From: Verrucomicrobiia bacterium
GTDB taxonomy: Bacteria > Verrucomicrobiota > Verrucomicrobiia > Limisphaerales > UBA1319
Reading direction: 5' to 3'
DNA: 64,000 nucleotides
NCBI GenBank assembly: GCA_963664225.1
Contig: OY760937.1
Span: 1,664,001-1,728,000 of the forward strand
Part shown: positions 1-9,647 of the stretch, piece after piece
Position numbering within the stretch: position 1 is the stretch's first letter
Layout of the letters: every line of letters begins with the position of its first letter
Notes under the pieces: generated by a model
Seen by the model: the letters and a program-made list of their open reading frames with translations, nothing else
What the model was told of the DNA's origin: nothing
Databases searched by the model: none
Translations under genes and position numbers: made by a program

Positions 1-1
1 G

Positions 2-190
2 GTCCGGTCCTCGGACTGGAAAGGCACCCCCTGCCCACATTGCGGTTCCAAGAAGCTGTCCAAGAAACTCTCCGTCTTTTCCTCCAGTATCGCGGCGGAC
101 TTCAGTTGCCCCGCGGGCGGTCCCTCCTGCGAAATGAAATCACCCAGCAGTTGCGGCGGATGTTGCGGTGGCGGCCCACATTCCCACTGA
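2..190 (+). CDS. FmdB-family zinc-ribbon protein, 3' part (truncated by window start)
   Basis: Manual translation of frame 2 gives VRSSDWKGTPCPHCGSKKLSKKLSVF...SCGGCCGGGPHSH*. The CPxCGS knuckle and Cys/Gly-rich tail are typical of the family. Not in the ORF track. Confidence 0.75.
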   Translation, partial: VRSSDWKGTPCPHCGSKKLSKKLSVFSSSIAADFSCPAGGPSCEMKSPSSCGGCCGGGPHSH

Positions 191-203
191 TCAGGCGGGC
201 CGA

Positions 204-1427
204 TCAGCGTTTTTCTTCAGGAGCAACGGCAGGCGCTCCCAATTCCTGCCGGAGTCGTGTGGCCAGCCATTTTAGCTCGTCCACATTGCGACCGGCCAGA
301 AAGCCCTTCTTCTTCCCTGTGACGGGGTGAATCTGCAATTCGATCACCGGCTGGTTATTCATCTCCATGCCGCTGGGTCCCGTGCGAATAAATTGGATCT
401 GTTCCGAGGTCCAATCCCAACGCTTGGTGCCAAAGATTCCAGCCACCACAATCGAAACCCCATCCCGCCCCGCACTCAGCATCGCCCGCCGCCGCCCCAT
501 TTGAATGGCCCCGAGCATCATCCCCACCCCAATGGCCAAAAACACCAGAAAGAACAACATCGGGATCCAAAAATCCGATTTGTCGTGAGTTCCAAAAATT
601 GCAATTCCCGCAATGAGTCCAATGAACCCGCACCAGATCAAGCTAAACACAAAAAGTCCCTTGCTCCCCTTGATCAGTCCTGCGGGTGGTATCACGAACA
701 ATTGGCGCCCATTGCCCTGCTCGCATCGAATCTTGCTGCCCTGCGGCTGCGCCTCCACCGTGTCATTCTCAAGGGTCATCGCGCCCGTTAGCATGGTTTC
801 CACCTTGGGAACGCGTTGAGGCAGTGCGGTGGTTTGAAAAGGTGTGGCACTGCGTGCCGCCAGGTGGTTCGCCGCCAGTTGCAACCACTCAGGTGGATAG
901 CCGACAGCCAGTGGCAACGGCTTGGCATCCGAAAACTCCGCCGTCAACGTCGCCAGATTCAAAGCGGGAGACTGGGCTTTCGCAGGTGGCGACCCCTGCG
1001 TCTTGTCGGAGGAAAGTGCCACCAACAAACGCTCCAGACCTGCGGCCTTGCGCTTTTGGCTCCACCAAAATGGTCCCGCCCGTTCCGTGGTCTTGAGGAC
1101 GCCATTCCCCCACCCGATCACCGTATGCCCAAAGAGAATAAAATAGCCCATCCCGATGGGCATCATGCCGGCCACAAAAAACGGAACGCCAAACAGCGCA
1201 AAAAGCAGGTTTATGAATGAAAAGGGCGTGTCTCCATGCGACCCAATTCCAATGGCCCCTCGAATCCAATGCACCGCAAAACCGGAAAATACCAACCCAA
1301 ACCCCACCAGGAACAATCCCAGGAATCGGAGCGCGCCCAACGGCCGTCGTGGAAATTCCAACTCAATTCCATCGGGCAGATTGCGGACCTCCACAGTCGC
1401 GTTCTCCGGAAGTGGTGCGTTGTTCAT
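204..1427 (-). CDS. Hypothetical membrane protein with two tandem (2TM + soluble beta-rich domain) modules
   Basis: ORF 204..1499; probable ATG at 1427 (MNNAPLP). Two similar hydrophobic hairpins, each followed by a soluble segment. Confidence 0.7.
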   Translation of the reverse strand: MNNAPLPENATVEVRNLPDGIELEFPRRPLGALRFLGLFLVGFGLVFSGFAVHWIRGAIGIGSHGDTPFSFINLLFALFGVPFFVAGMMPIGMGYFILFGHTVIGWGNGVLKTTERAGPFWWSQKRKAAGLERLLVALSSDKTQGSPPAKAQSPALNLATLTAEFSDAKPLPLAVGYPPEWLQLAANHLAARSATPFQTTALPQRVPKVETMLTGAMTLENDTVEAQPQGSKIRCEQGNGRQLFVIPPAGLIKGSKGLFVFSLIWCGFIGLIAGIAIFGTHDKSDFWIPMLFFLVFLAIGVGMMLGAIQMGRRRAMLSAGRDGVSIVVAGIFGTKRWDWTSEQIQFIRTGPSGMEMNNQPVIELQIHPVTGKKKGFLAGRNVDELKWLATRLRQELGAPAVAPEEKR

Positions 1428-1778
1428 ATGGGACAGAGTTTTTCCACTTGAATTCAATGATGCGAAATAACAGAACGAAGCCGTGAAGGCTATTTCCAAA
1501 AAGCCTCGAGAAACCCAAAAATCTAAAATCCCCTCAGACGCGTTCTCTGTTTCCGCGATACTTACTCGACAGCAGGCCGCGCGAATTTTGCACCTCTGAA
1601 AGGTACATTCCCGTGAGCCGACCCGAGTTCAACTTGCGACTGCGCGAGGTGAATGGCCAGAGCACCAAACGGATAATCATACCCAAAACCAGCTTCATTC
1701 ACCCCTACATAACCCGATCTTCGGCGAAAATGCAACCCAATACGACACCCAATACGACACATGGTGCGATGCGTGTGC

Positions 1779-1976
1779 GCAGGACAAAATTCTTCAGGAA
1801 ATCCAAAAAGCCCTTAAAACGCCATAAAAGTATATCGGGAGAATTGCCTCGCTCAACCGAATGAACCGGACGCGCCATTCCTCTCTCGCCCCAAAACCTG
1901 AATTGGCACGAGTGGGGAGAGTTGGAGAGAGTTTCATTTATGGACCATGTTATCTTGCCGAAGAATTTTGTCCTGC
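1779..1976. repeat. Perfect 17-bp inverted repeat pair (possible MITE or IS remnant)
   Basis: GCAGGACAAAATTCTTC at 1779-1795 and its exact reverse complement GAAGAATTTTGTCCTGC at 1960-1976. Confidence 0.6.
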
Positions 1977-2106
1977 AACCGAGATGCGCCGACTGGAGCC
2001 ATCCGGGTTTTCGGCATTCATTATGCCCGGTGCAAAACCTCCATATTCCAAGGAAACCCATAATGTTCCCCTTATTCCCGGCTCTCGATCAAACGATTCT
2101 CTTCAA

Positions 2107-2210
2107 GCATCCCGGCAGGGATGCCAGCAATTAGCCGGGGGTCGAGGTCGTCCTCGACCGACACCCCCGGACACGAACCCCAACGATCACGATCCCGGCA
2201 GGGATCGCAG
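2107..2210. repeat. REP-like palindromic element
   Basis: Hairpins GCATCCCggcaGGGATGC and GATCCCggcaGGGATC flank a CCGGGGG...CCCCCGG stem. Same architecture as the palindrome blocks at 12350-12450. Confidence 0.6.
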
Positions 2211-2484
2211 ACCCTATTCAATGAGGACATGCGTCGATCCTCCTCGCAAAGCTGCTTCATGGTACCCGCCACAAAAAACACCCTGCCAAAAATTCCTGAC
2301 CGGCAATCCGGAACAGGTTTCAACCACTCGGCACCATTATACTTTTTATCTTATCATTTGCATTATCGTCGCTTATGTATTAACTTGAACCGTATTAAGG
2401 TTGCGGCTTATCCCTGCTTCGAATCGACAATCGCAAATGAGGTCGCCGCCGCCGCACTGGAGAATCGCCAAATGAAAGGAAATT

Positions 2485-2904
2485 ATGAGCACGCAAACAA
2501 ACGCGCCCACCCAGGAAGAATGCCCGAACAAACCCCCACCCGGCAGTCTGGTGTGGTTTGAAATCCCGGCGGACAATATCGAACGCGCCAGAAAGTTCTA
2601 CAGCGCCTTGTTCGGCTGGAAAATCGAACAATTCCCGGGCATGCCCGATTACTGGCACATCGATACCGGCGGTGCGGATGCCTCCCCGGACGGCGGACTG
2701 ATGAAACGCAAGCAGCCCCAACAACCCATCACCAATTTTATCACGGTGGTGTCCGTAAATCAGTCCACCGCGCAAATTGAGAAACTGGGCGGCAAAGTGT
2801 GCGTCCCAAAGACGGCCGTTCCAGAAATGGGTTACTTCGCCGTTTGCCAGGACACGGAGAACAACACATTCGCCATTTGGGAAATGACCAAAAGCGCGAA
2901 ATAA
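2485..2904 (+). CDS. VOC/glyoxalase family protein
   Basis: Motifs WFEIPADNIERARKFYSALFGW and GYFAVCQDTENNTFAIWE. Confidence 0.9.
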   Translation: MSTQTNAPTQEECPNKPPPGSLVWFEIPADNIERARKFYSALFGWKIEQFPGMPDYWHIDTGGADASPDGGLMKRKQPQQPITNFITVVSVNQSTAQIEKLGGKVCVPKTAVPEMGYFAVCQDTENNTFAIWEMTKSAK

Positions 2905-3114
2905 CGTCCCGCGAAAACACCTGCGCGTTCTTAACCATGGCGCTCGAACGCGGAGGCCTTCCCTTGCTCAACCACCGGCAAAACAGGCCTTGGGGGCCTG
3001 CCTGTCCTCATGCCATTTACTGTCGGTGCGTTGAGCATTGGCGTGGCTTTACCTGCTCAAGCAGGCATCCCGATCGCAGCCCGGTTCGCAATCGCACCAC
3101 CGAGAGTGCTTGGT

Positions 3115-5247
3115 TCACGCCTCCCAACGAATCGGCAATTCACGCACCCGTTTCCCGGTGGCATGAAAAAGGGCGTTGGCGATGGCCGGCGCGATCGGAA
3201 TGATCGGCGTCTCCCCAGCACCAAGACTGGCCAGATCGGTTCGATTCAGTTGGTGAATATCGAGTTCCTGCACATCGCTTAAACGCGGCACACGATACCG
3301 GCTGAAGGCGGCATTCTCCATTTTACCATCGCTGAAACGCATTTCCTCCCGCAAGGCAGCCCCCAGCCCCATGATGATGCATCCCTGTGCCTGGGCCAGC
3401 AGGTTCGAGGGATTGATCACCGCGCCGCACTCAAACACTTCGCAAATCTTCCGAACCTCGATCGTGTTCTTATCCGGGTTCAGACCGATCTCGACGCACG
3501 CGGCCACAAACGAGCCTTTTTCCGTGCCGCACGCCAGTCCCACGCCAGCAGTGGGCTGCTTTTGTTTCACGCGCTCGCGCCAGCCAAAACGCTTTGCGGC
3601 TTCTTCCAGCACGGCGCGCAGCCTGGGATTCTCCAAATGCGCGAGCCGGAAATCCAGCGGATCCATTTGCGCCTCAGCAGCCAATTCGTCCATGAACGAC
3701 TCACGCGCAAACACGTTGGCCACCGACGCCAGGCCGCGATAGGACCCCTGGCGCAACGGCGCGTTGGACCCCACAGTCTGGCATTTTTCCTTCCCTGAGC
3801 GGTAGGGAGTTTCAACCGCCGCGCCTCCCGAATTAATGTTAACGAAGTGCCACGAGGTCATCTGTCCCTTGTCATCCAGCGTCGCCTCGACATCGATCAC
3901 GCCCGCCGGCCGGAAATAGGCCCACTTGAATTCCTCCTCGCGAGTCCAGCGCACGAGCACCGGTTTGCCCGCCGCTTGGGCCAGCTTGGCCGCCTCGATG
4001 GCCACCTCCGCCGTGTGCTTGCCGCCAAAGCCTCCGCCAAAGTCCGGCACAATGACACGCACTTTTTCATTGGCCAGCCGGAACGTGCGCGCCAGTTCTC
4101 CATGGTATCCAAATGGATTCTGCGTCCCCGTCCAAACGGTGAGTTGGCCGTCCGCCCATTCGGCCAGCGCCGTCCGCGTCTCCATGGGCGCGTGTTGAAT
4201 ATAAGGCACATGAAAAGTGGCCTTGAGTTTCTTCGCCACACTCGAAAGCTCATCCGCAAACGGATTGGCCGGAACCCCGCCCTGGGCGGTTGCCCGCAGA
4301 TGACTGAACAGTTCCTTGCTCGATGGCTGCGGGGCGGACTCCCACTTTGCAGTCTCGCCGATGGCCTTTAAGGCTTGTTCTGCAATGAAGGTATTTGCAG
4401 CCGCCACTCCGACAAATCCCCCGTCCTGAAACACGAAGACATCCTTCATCGCCCTGGCGGGTTCCAGATCCACCGAAAGTAGTTTTGCGCCATAGGTCGG
4501 CGCGCGCAGTATCTTGCCGTAGAGCATGCCGGGGCGCGTGTAATCCGAGGGATACTTATGCTTCCCAGTCACCAAATCCCGACCGTTGCTTCGAGCCGCG
4601 GAAATCCCCATCACACGCCATTGATCGACTGGCGTAACATTGACGTCTGCGGGAATCGCCTGCTTGAACGCCTCCTCGACCTCGCCGTTTTTGGCCAATT
4701 CCGCATACGTCAACGTCTTGGCGCCGGTGGCGTCTGTGATGGTGCCATCGATCACCTTCAAGGTGTCCCGTTCGACCGACCATTTCTTTGCGGCCAATTC
4801 GAGAAGCAACGTGCGCGCGGCGGCGGCGGCGCTGCGAACGGCCGGCACGGTCGAGGGCGTCGTTCGACTCCCTGCGGACAACCCATCGTCGGGCACCAGC
4901 GCCGTATCGCCCATGATCAATTCTATTCTCTCCAAGGGCACTCTCAATTCCTCCGCCGCCGCCTGGCTCAATTCGGTGCGCGCCCCCTGCCCCATCTCAA
5001 TTTTGCCCGTCAACACCGTGATCCTGCCATTTTCCGCAATGTGGATTCGCGCCGCAAGATTTCGGGATTCGCCCCGTCCGGAACGGTTCCCGCGGTTTTG
5101 AGCAAGAACGGGAACGCTGGCCGCAATCAACAAGCCCGCCCCCAATACCTCCACAAAACAGCGCCGATTCATCGCGAAGTCGAACTTCACCGGATCGGAC
5201 ATTTCACCGTCCCGCATGGTCATGATTTCGTGTGTCTCAGTATTCAT
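3115..5247 (-). CDS. Molybdopterin-binding oxidoreductase large subunit (isoquinoline 1-oxidoreductase beta-like), Tat-like signal
   Basis: Motifs GKIEMGQG, HAPMETR, GGGFGGK, GAGETPI; N-terminal NRRCFVEVLGAG twin-arginine motif. Confidence 0.9.
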   Translation of the reverse strand: MNTETHEIMTMRDGEMSDPVKFDFAMNRRCFVEVLGAGLLIAASVPVLAQNRGNRSGRGESRNLAARIHIAENGRITVLTGKIEMGQGARTELSQAAAEELRVPLERIELIMGDTALVPDDGLSAGSRTTPSTVPAVRSAAAAARTLLLELAAKKWSVERDTLKVIDGTITDATGAKTLTYAELAKNGEVEEAFKQAIPADVNVTPVDQWRVMGISAARSNGRDLVTGKHKYPSDYTRPGMLYGKILRAPTYGAKLLSVDLEPARAMKDVFVFQDGGFVGVAAANTFIAEQALKAIGETAKWESAPQPSSKELFSHLRATAQGGVPANPFADELSSVAKKLKATFHVPYIQHAPMETRTALAEWADGQLTVWTGTQNPFGYHGELARTFRLANEKVRVIVPDFGGGFGGKHTAEVAIEAAKLAQAAGKPVLVRWTREEEFKWAYFRPAGVIDVEATLDDKGQMTSWHFVNINSGGAAVETPYRSGKEKCQTVGSNAPLRQGSYRGLASVANVFARESFMDELAAEAQMDPLDFRLAHLENPRLRAVLEEAAKRFGWRERVKQKQPTAGVGLACGTEKGSFVAACVEIGLNPDKNTIEVRKICEVFECGAVINPSNLLAQAQGCIIMGLGAALREEMRFSDGKMENAAFSRYRVPRLSDVQELDIHQLNRTDLASLGAGETPIIPIAPAIANALFHATGKRVRELPIRWEA

Positions 5248-5256
5248 ATCATGCCT

Positions 5257-5721
5257 TTATGCTTGAGCCACGGCCCGTTTCACCGCTTTGACAATACTCG
5301 GATATCCACAGCAACGGCAGATATGGGAGTTGAGCATGGAATGAATTTCGGCATCCGTCGCCTTGGGCTTCTCCCGGATCAGGGCCACCGTGGACATAAT
5401 CATTCCCGGCGTGCAAAAACCGCATTGAAACGCGTTCTCGGCCAGAAACGCCTCCTGCACCGGATGCAACTTGTCGCCTGTGCTGAGTCCCTCAATGGTC
5501 AGGATCGATTTCCCAGCTGCGTCCTCAACCGGAAGGCGGCACGAATGCTGCCTCTTCCCATCGATCAACACCGTGCAGGCGCCGCATTGCCCCTCGCCAC
5601 ATCCATACTTCGGTCCGGTGATGTTTAAATCCTCGCGCAGGACCGCGAGCAAGGACCGTTTCGGATCGGTCGTCACTGCGTACTGCCGATCATTCACCGT
5701 GAGATTGAATTTCTCGTCCAT
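5257..5721 (-). CDS. (2Fe-2S)-binding small subunit (IorA/CoxS-like)
   Basis: Motifs GCGEGQCGAC, QCGFCTPG and CRC. Confidence 0.95.
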   Translation of the reverse strand: MDEKFNLTVNDRQYAVTTDPKRSLLAVLREDLNITGPKYGCGEGQCGACTVLIDGKRQHSCRLPVEDAAGKSILTIEGLSTGDKLHPVQEAFLAENAFQCGFCTPGMIMSTVALIREKPKATDAEIHSMLNSHICRCCGYPSIVKAVKRAVAQA

Positions 5722-5805
5722 GGTTCGAATGGTTTGAATTTATCGATTCTCGCAAAACGGCTTCAATCGATACCATGGCACTGGCAGATTCAAAAGCAAT
5801 ACCGT

Positions 5806-6558
5806 TTAACTGGACAGCACTTCGAGCAGATAGCGCAGTTCGTCCTGCACGCAAACCCCCTCGCCCACCGTCTGGCCAATTTCACTTTTGACCAACGCTC
5901 GAAATCGTTTCCGCAACCGGTGAATGGCCACTTTTAACGCGTTTTCTGAAACATCCAGATGGCGCGCGGTTTCGGCCTGGGACAAACCCTCCACCTCCCC
6001 CAGCAGCCACGGTTTGAGTTCCGCGAATTGATCGCTCCGGCCCTCGGCGCTGAATTCCGCGGCCAGGGCGTTGATCGCGCGCCCCACCACCGTAAGCGCC
6101 CATTGGCGATCGAAAAAAGCATCCGGCACCGTCGCGCCAGGATCGGGGATTTGCAGGTTCGTTGGAGTATCGGTATCCGTGCCGGTCTCGAGCGAAAGCG
6201 GTTCCAGGCCGCCACCACGTTTCGCGGCGCAATCGCGGTCATGCTGGTCCGCCAGGAAATGTTTCACCGCGCCGAGTAAGAAGGAGCGGAACCGTCCGCG
6301 TTCGGGGTCCACCGAATCCAGACCGTGCCTCGCCAGCAGCCGCGCGAAAAATTCCTGTGTCAGATCGCGGGCCGCGTCCTCGCTGCGACCGCTGCGACAA
6401 ATGAAGGCCAGCACCGGCGCATAATACGCACCGCACAAATCGCCCAAGGCCGCCGCTGCTTCCGGCGAGTTCCCACGCGAGGCCATCACACGCGTCCATT
6501 GCGTGGTGACAAACGCGGCCGGGTTGGCATCCGGCGGAGTGGATTGCGCGGAGGTCAC
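5806..6558 (-). CDS. ECF RNA polymerase sigma factor, kinase-associated type
   Basis: FVTTQW N-terminus, DLTQEFFARLL, GRFRSFLLG, HTH region LKVAIHRLRKRFR. Probable GTG start at 6558, directly after the kinase stop. Confidence 0.88.
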   Translation of the reverse strand: MTSAQSTPPDANPAAFVTTQWTRVMASRGNSPEAAAALGDLCGAYYAPVLAFICRSGRSEDAARDLTQEFFARLLARHGLDSVDPERGRFRSFLLGAVKHFLADQHDRDCAAKRGGGLEPLSLETGTDTDTPTNLQIPDPGATVPDAFFDRQWALTVVGRAINALAAEFSAEGRSDQFAELKPWLLGEVEGLSQAETARHLDVSENALKVAIHRLRKRFRALVKSEIGQTVGEGVCVQDELRYLLEVLSS

Positions 6559-6559
6559 A

Positions 6560-9295
6560 TTATTTCTTGATCTTCTTTTCCGCATCCTCCACTGCGGATT
6601 TCAGCGCCGGGTCATCGACCAGTGCCACCGCTTGATCCCGGATTTTTTCAGCCTCCGCCTTATGTCCCGCGCCAACCAGTATCTCAATCAATTGATTCAG
6701 ATTGCGAACGAACCGTTTATCCGCCTCGCGCATCATATCCATCCGGGGCGCAATCCCGGCCGGCATATTCGTCGGGACCGGCAAACTGGCCCGTCGCTGA
6801 TACATTTTCTTCTCCATCTCCCACGCGCTGCGATTGGATTCAAACCGCCTTTGCGGATCGCCCATGTAATTAAAACACAGTTCATACTCGCCTTTCTTCA
6901 CTAACAGGCTCTCCACATAAAAATAGCATTGTTTGGCCAGCGCGGGATCGCGTTTCTGGAGGATCTTGAACAGCACATAGCTCCCATCATCGTCCTGAAG
7001 GTAACCATTAATGCTCACAACGTCCGAAAACAACTGGGAATAACCGCCTCCCTCCGCAAGCTTTCGGGTCTTTTCGTCACGCACTTCGATCAACGCCTGC
7101 CAGGCCTTGGGATATCGCCGTCCCAGTTCCATCCAATCGGCCAGCCAGAAGGAAAGACGCACACCACCCTGGCCCTGGTCGTATTCCAAGGCGTGGTTGT
7201 GATACCAGATGTGCCGTTGAAGCGCCTCTTCGTATCGGCCCTGGCTCATCGCATCATTGGCTTCCTGCCGGATCTTTTCAAAATCCGGCTTCGTGTCCGG
7301 CGACAGCGTTGGGGCCCACGTTTCAGCCGAAGCGGAGGGTTTGACAGGCTTGGCATCCGCGCTGGCAAGGGTGTTTTCCGCAAGCGTGGGTTCCAATTCA
7401 ACCGATAATACCGCCAGATGCTTGCGGCCATTCCCAATCCCATTATCTTCCATCAGATCGAACTCGCCGAGTCGCACGCTATTACTGCGCAGCATTTGTT
7501 TGGAAGCGGAGCCGCTGTTCGTGCCGGGGGCTGGAACCAATCCGCTCAGTGAATAATCGACCCAGTAGGAACCCATCTTTAACGTCGGCTTCACGAAGAG
7601 CGTCTTTACGATGCCACCCGTAATGGCCATCGTTCCCGCTCGCACTGTGGAAAGGTTCGCCGTATCAGGAATATCGATTTCGCCTTCAACTCCATTGGTC
7701 ACCAGAACATAAGGCGCGGCCACCACCCGCACATCGCCATGATCAAACAACGCCGCCGGACGGCTGATGAGACGGGTATCGTAGTCCGCCGGCATGTCGA
7801 GAATTCGTAGCGTCACACGCAACAGCGGCGCGTAAGCAGCGGGCTGCCGGGCCACTCCAATCGCGAAATGATGCCGGAGTACCAGCCTGTCAAAGGCGTA
7901 CAAGAGCAGCATCAGTCCGGCTAAGCCAGTGACGGCTTTCTGAACCTTCGACGAACTCAAGGCCGACCAGATCGACCCGCTTCGCGGTGATGATCCTTCC
8001 GGTTCACCGCCTGATCTCGGCGTCGTTGAATTTGGCTTCTCAAAACGCGCGCCGCAATCCGCGCAGATCTTTGCCGTCCCGTTGGTGTTATTACCGCAAT
8101 TCGAGCAAATCAGTTTTAAGGCCATCCGCCCGCCGATCATGAGCAGGACCAGCCCCAGTGGAATTCCGATGTAAGGGACAAACAAACATGCGAATCCAAT
8201 GGCCTGCACGGCGCATCCGACACCAAGAAATTCCCCCTTCTTTTTCTTTGTTGCATACACCACCGGCGGTGCGTCGGATTTGGCCTCTCCGGTTTTCCCG
8301 ATTGGCGGAATGCCGGCGCTGGCTGAAATCGTTTCCACCCGCGTCTTCACCTCGTCCGCGCTCGCGAAACGTTTCTCCTTTTCCCTCTCCAGCGCACGCG
8401 CCACAACGGCGTCCACACGCGGATCGGCGGCGGATTTCTGCGAGGGCGGCGCGAACCGCCCGACCGGCAGCTCGCCCGTGAGCATTTCGTAAAAGACCAC
8501 GCCCAGCGAGTAAATGTCAGCCCGATTATCCACGCTCTGCGGATGATCGCGCTGCTCCGGCGCCATGTAATTCGGCGTGCCAAGGGCCTTGCCTGCCTCG
8601 GTCAGCGAGTCGCCCTCCGGCAGTGTCTTTGCGGCCTGCGGATTCACGGGCACATCCTGCCCCGCGTCCCCGATCAATTTTGCGATGCCAAAATCCGCGA
8701 TCTTCACCCGGCCCTTCGCATCCAGCAGGATGTTCTCGGGCTTGATGTCCCGGTGGAGAATGCCTTCATTGTGCGCGAATTGCAGCGCCTCGCAAATTTT
8801 CGGAACAATCGCCAGCGCCTGCGCCGGTGTGAACCGCCCCGCCTGCATCGCCTGACGCAAATTCACGCCATCCACAAACTCCATCAGCAGGTAAAAAAAC
8901 TCCCCGGCCTGGCCAAAGTCGTAAACGGTAACGATATTTGGATGATTGAGCCGGGCCAGCAGACGCGCCTCGCGGTTGAAACGCTCCGCAAATGTGGGAT
9001 CGGCCGCCAGCGCTTGCGGCAGAATCTTCAGCGCGACGAATCGATCCAGCTTGGGCTGGCGCGCCTTGAAAATGAAACCCATCCCTCCCTGACCGAACAA
9101 CTCGAGTATTTCGAGCTGTGGAAAGGCGGCGGCAATCGCCTCCAGCGATGGCGCAGGCGAACCTCCGCGCGGCAGGCCACCGGTTTCCGTGGGATTGGCC
9201 ACAGCCGCCAGCAGGCATTTTGGGCAAAGTCCCTGCGGCGCATCCGCGGGCAGCGGGGCCTGGCACTTCGGACAACGATTCATTTCAGTTTGCAT
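6560..9295 (-). CDS. Membrane-anchored Hanks-type Ser/Thr protein kinase
   Basis: GQGGMG, VALK, HRDIKPEN, DFG, GTPNYMAPE; N-terminal CPKC...CPKC; TM segments. Probable start at 9295. Confidence 0.93.
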   Translation of the reverse strand: MQTEMNRCPKCQAPLPADAPQGLCPKCLLAAVANPTETGGLPRGGSPAPSLEAIAAAFPQLEILELFGQGGMGFIFKARQPKLDRFVALKILPQALAADPTFAERFNREARLLARLNHPNIVTVYDFGQAGEFFYLLMEFVDGVNLRQAMQAGRFTPAQALAIVPKICEALQFAHNEGILHRDIKPENILLDAKGRVKIADFGIAKLIGDAGQDVPVNPQAAKTLPEGDSLTEAGKALGTPNYMAPEQRDHPQSVDNRADIYSLGVVFYEMLTGELPVGRFAPPSQKSAADPRVDAVVARALEREKEKRFASADEVKTRVETISASAGIPPIGKTGEAKSDAPPVVYATKKKKGEFLGVGCAVQAIGFACLFVPYIGIPLGLVLLMIGGRMALKLICSNCGNNTNGTAKICADCGARFEKPNSTTPRSGGEPEGSSPRSGSIWSALSSSKVQKAVTGLAGLMLLLYAFDRLVLRHHFAIGVARQPAAYAPLLRVTLRILDMPADYDTRLISRPAALFDHGDVRVVAAPYVLVTNGVEGEIDIPDTANLSTVRAGTMAITGGIVKTLFVKPTLKMGSYWVDYSLSGLVPAPGTNSGSASKQMLRSNSVRLGEFDLMEDNGIGNGRKHLAVLSVELEPTLAENTLASADAKPVKPSASAETWAPTLSPDTKPDFEKIRQEANDAMSQGRYEEALQRHIWYHNHALEYDQGQGGVRLSFWLADWMELGRRYPKAWQALIEVRDEKTRKLAEGGGYSQLFSDVVSINGYLQDDDGSYVLFKILQKRDPALAKQCYFYVESLLVKKGEYELCFNYMGDPQRRFESNRSAWEMEKKMYQRRASLPVPTNMPAGIAPRMDMMREADKRFVRNLNQLIEILVGAGHKAEAEKIRDQAVALVDDPALKSAVEDAEKKIKK

Positions 9296-9419
9296 CCTGC
9301 CACATTCCTGAGGAAACCATGACCCGACGTTACACAAAATCCGCCATCCTGGCGATGAATTGATGGAGAAGGCAAAACCCAATTTGGGTGACTGAAGCCG
9401 GTCTTCGGAAGACACAAAC

Positions 9420-9647
9420 CTACCTCATTACCGGGCTGTCACTCCAAGGCCCGGGGATGCAGCCATAGAGGCGCTCAAACAATCTGCGTCTTCGTTCAGT
9501 CTCCGATAACCCTGGAGGAAAGGAGGCGTGGATCATCACCAGCGCCGCATCAAACATCTGCGCCCCCATGATGAAACGCTCCTCCCCCGAGCGCGCCATG
9601 ATCTTTTCGCGCACCATCCGTTCAATCTCTGGACGGGTGTCAGTCAT
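9420..9647 (-). CDS. Small hypothetical protein coupled to the nucleotidyltransferase (possible antitoxin)
   Basis: MTDTRPEIERMVREKIMARSGEERFIMGAQMF; start overlaps the end of the upstream gene. Confidence 0.7.
   Translation of the reverse strand: MTDTRPEIERMVREKIMARSGEERFIMGAQMFDAALVMIHASFPPGLSETERRRRLFERLYGCIPGPWSDSPVMR

Noticed and set aside
1562..2480. Short ORFs in the 1.5-2.5 kb intergenic region
   Set aside because: They overlap palindromes and IRs, have no family motifs and conflict with each other.
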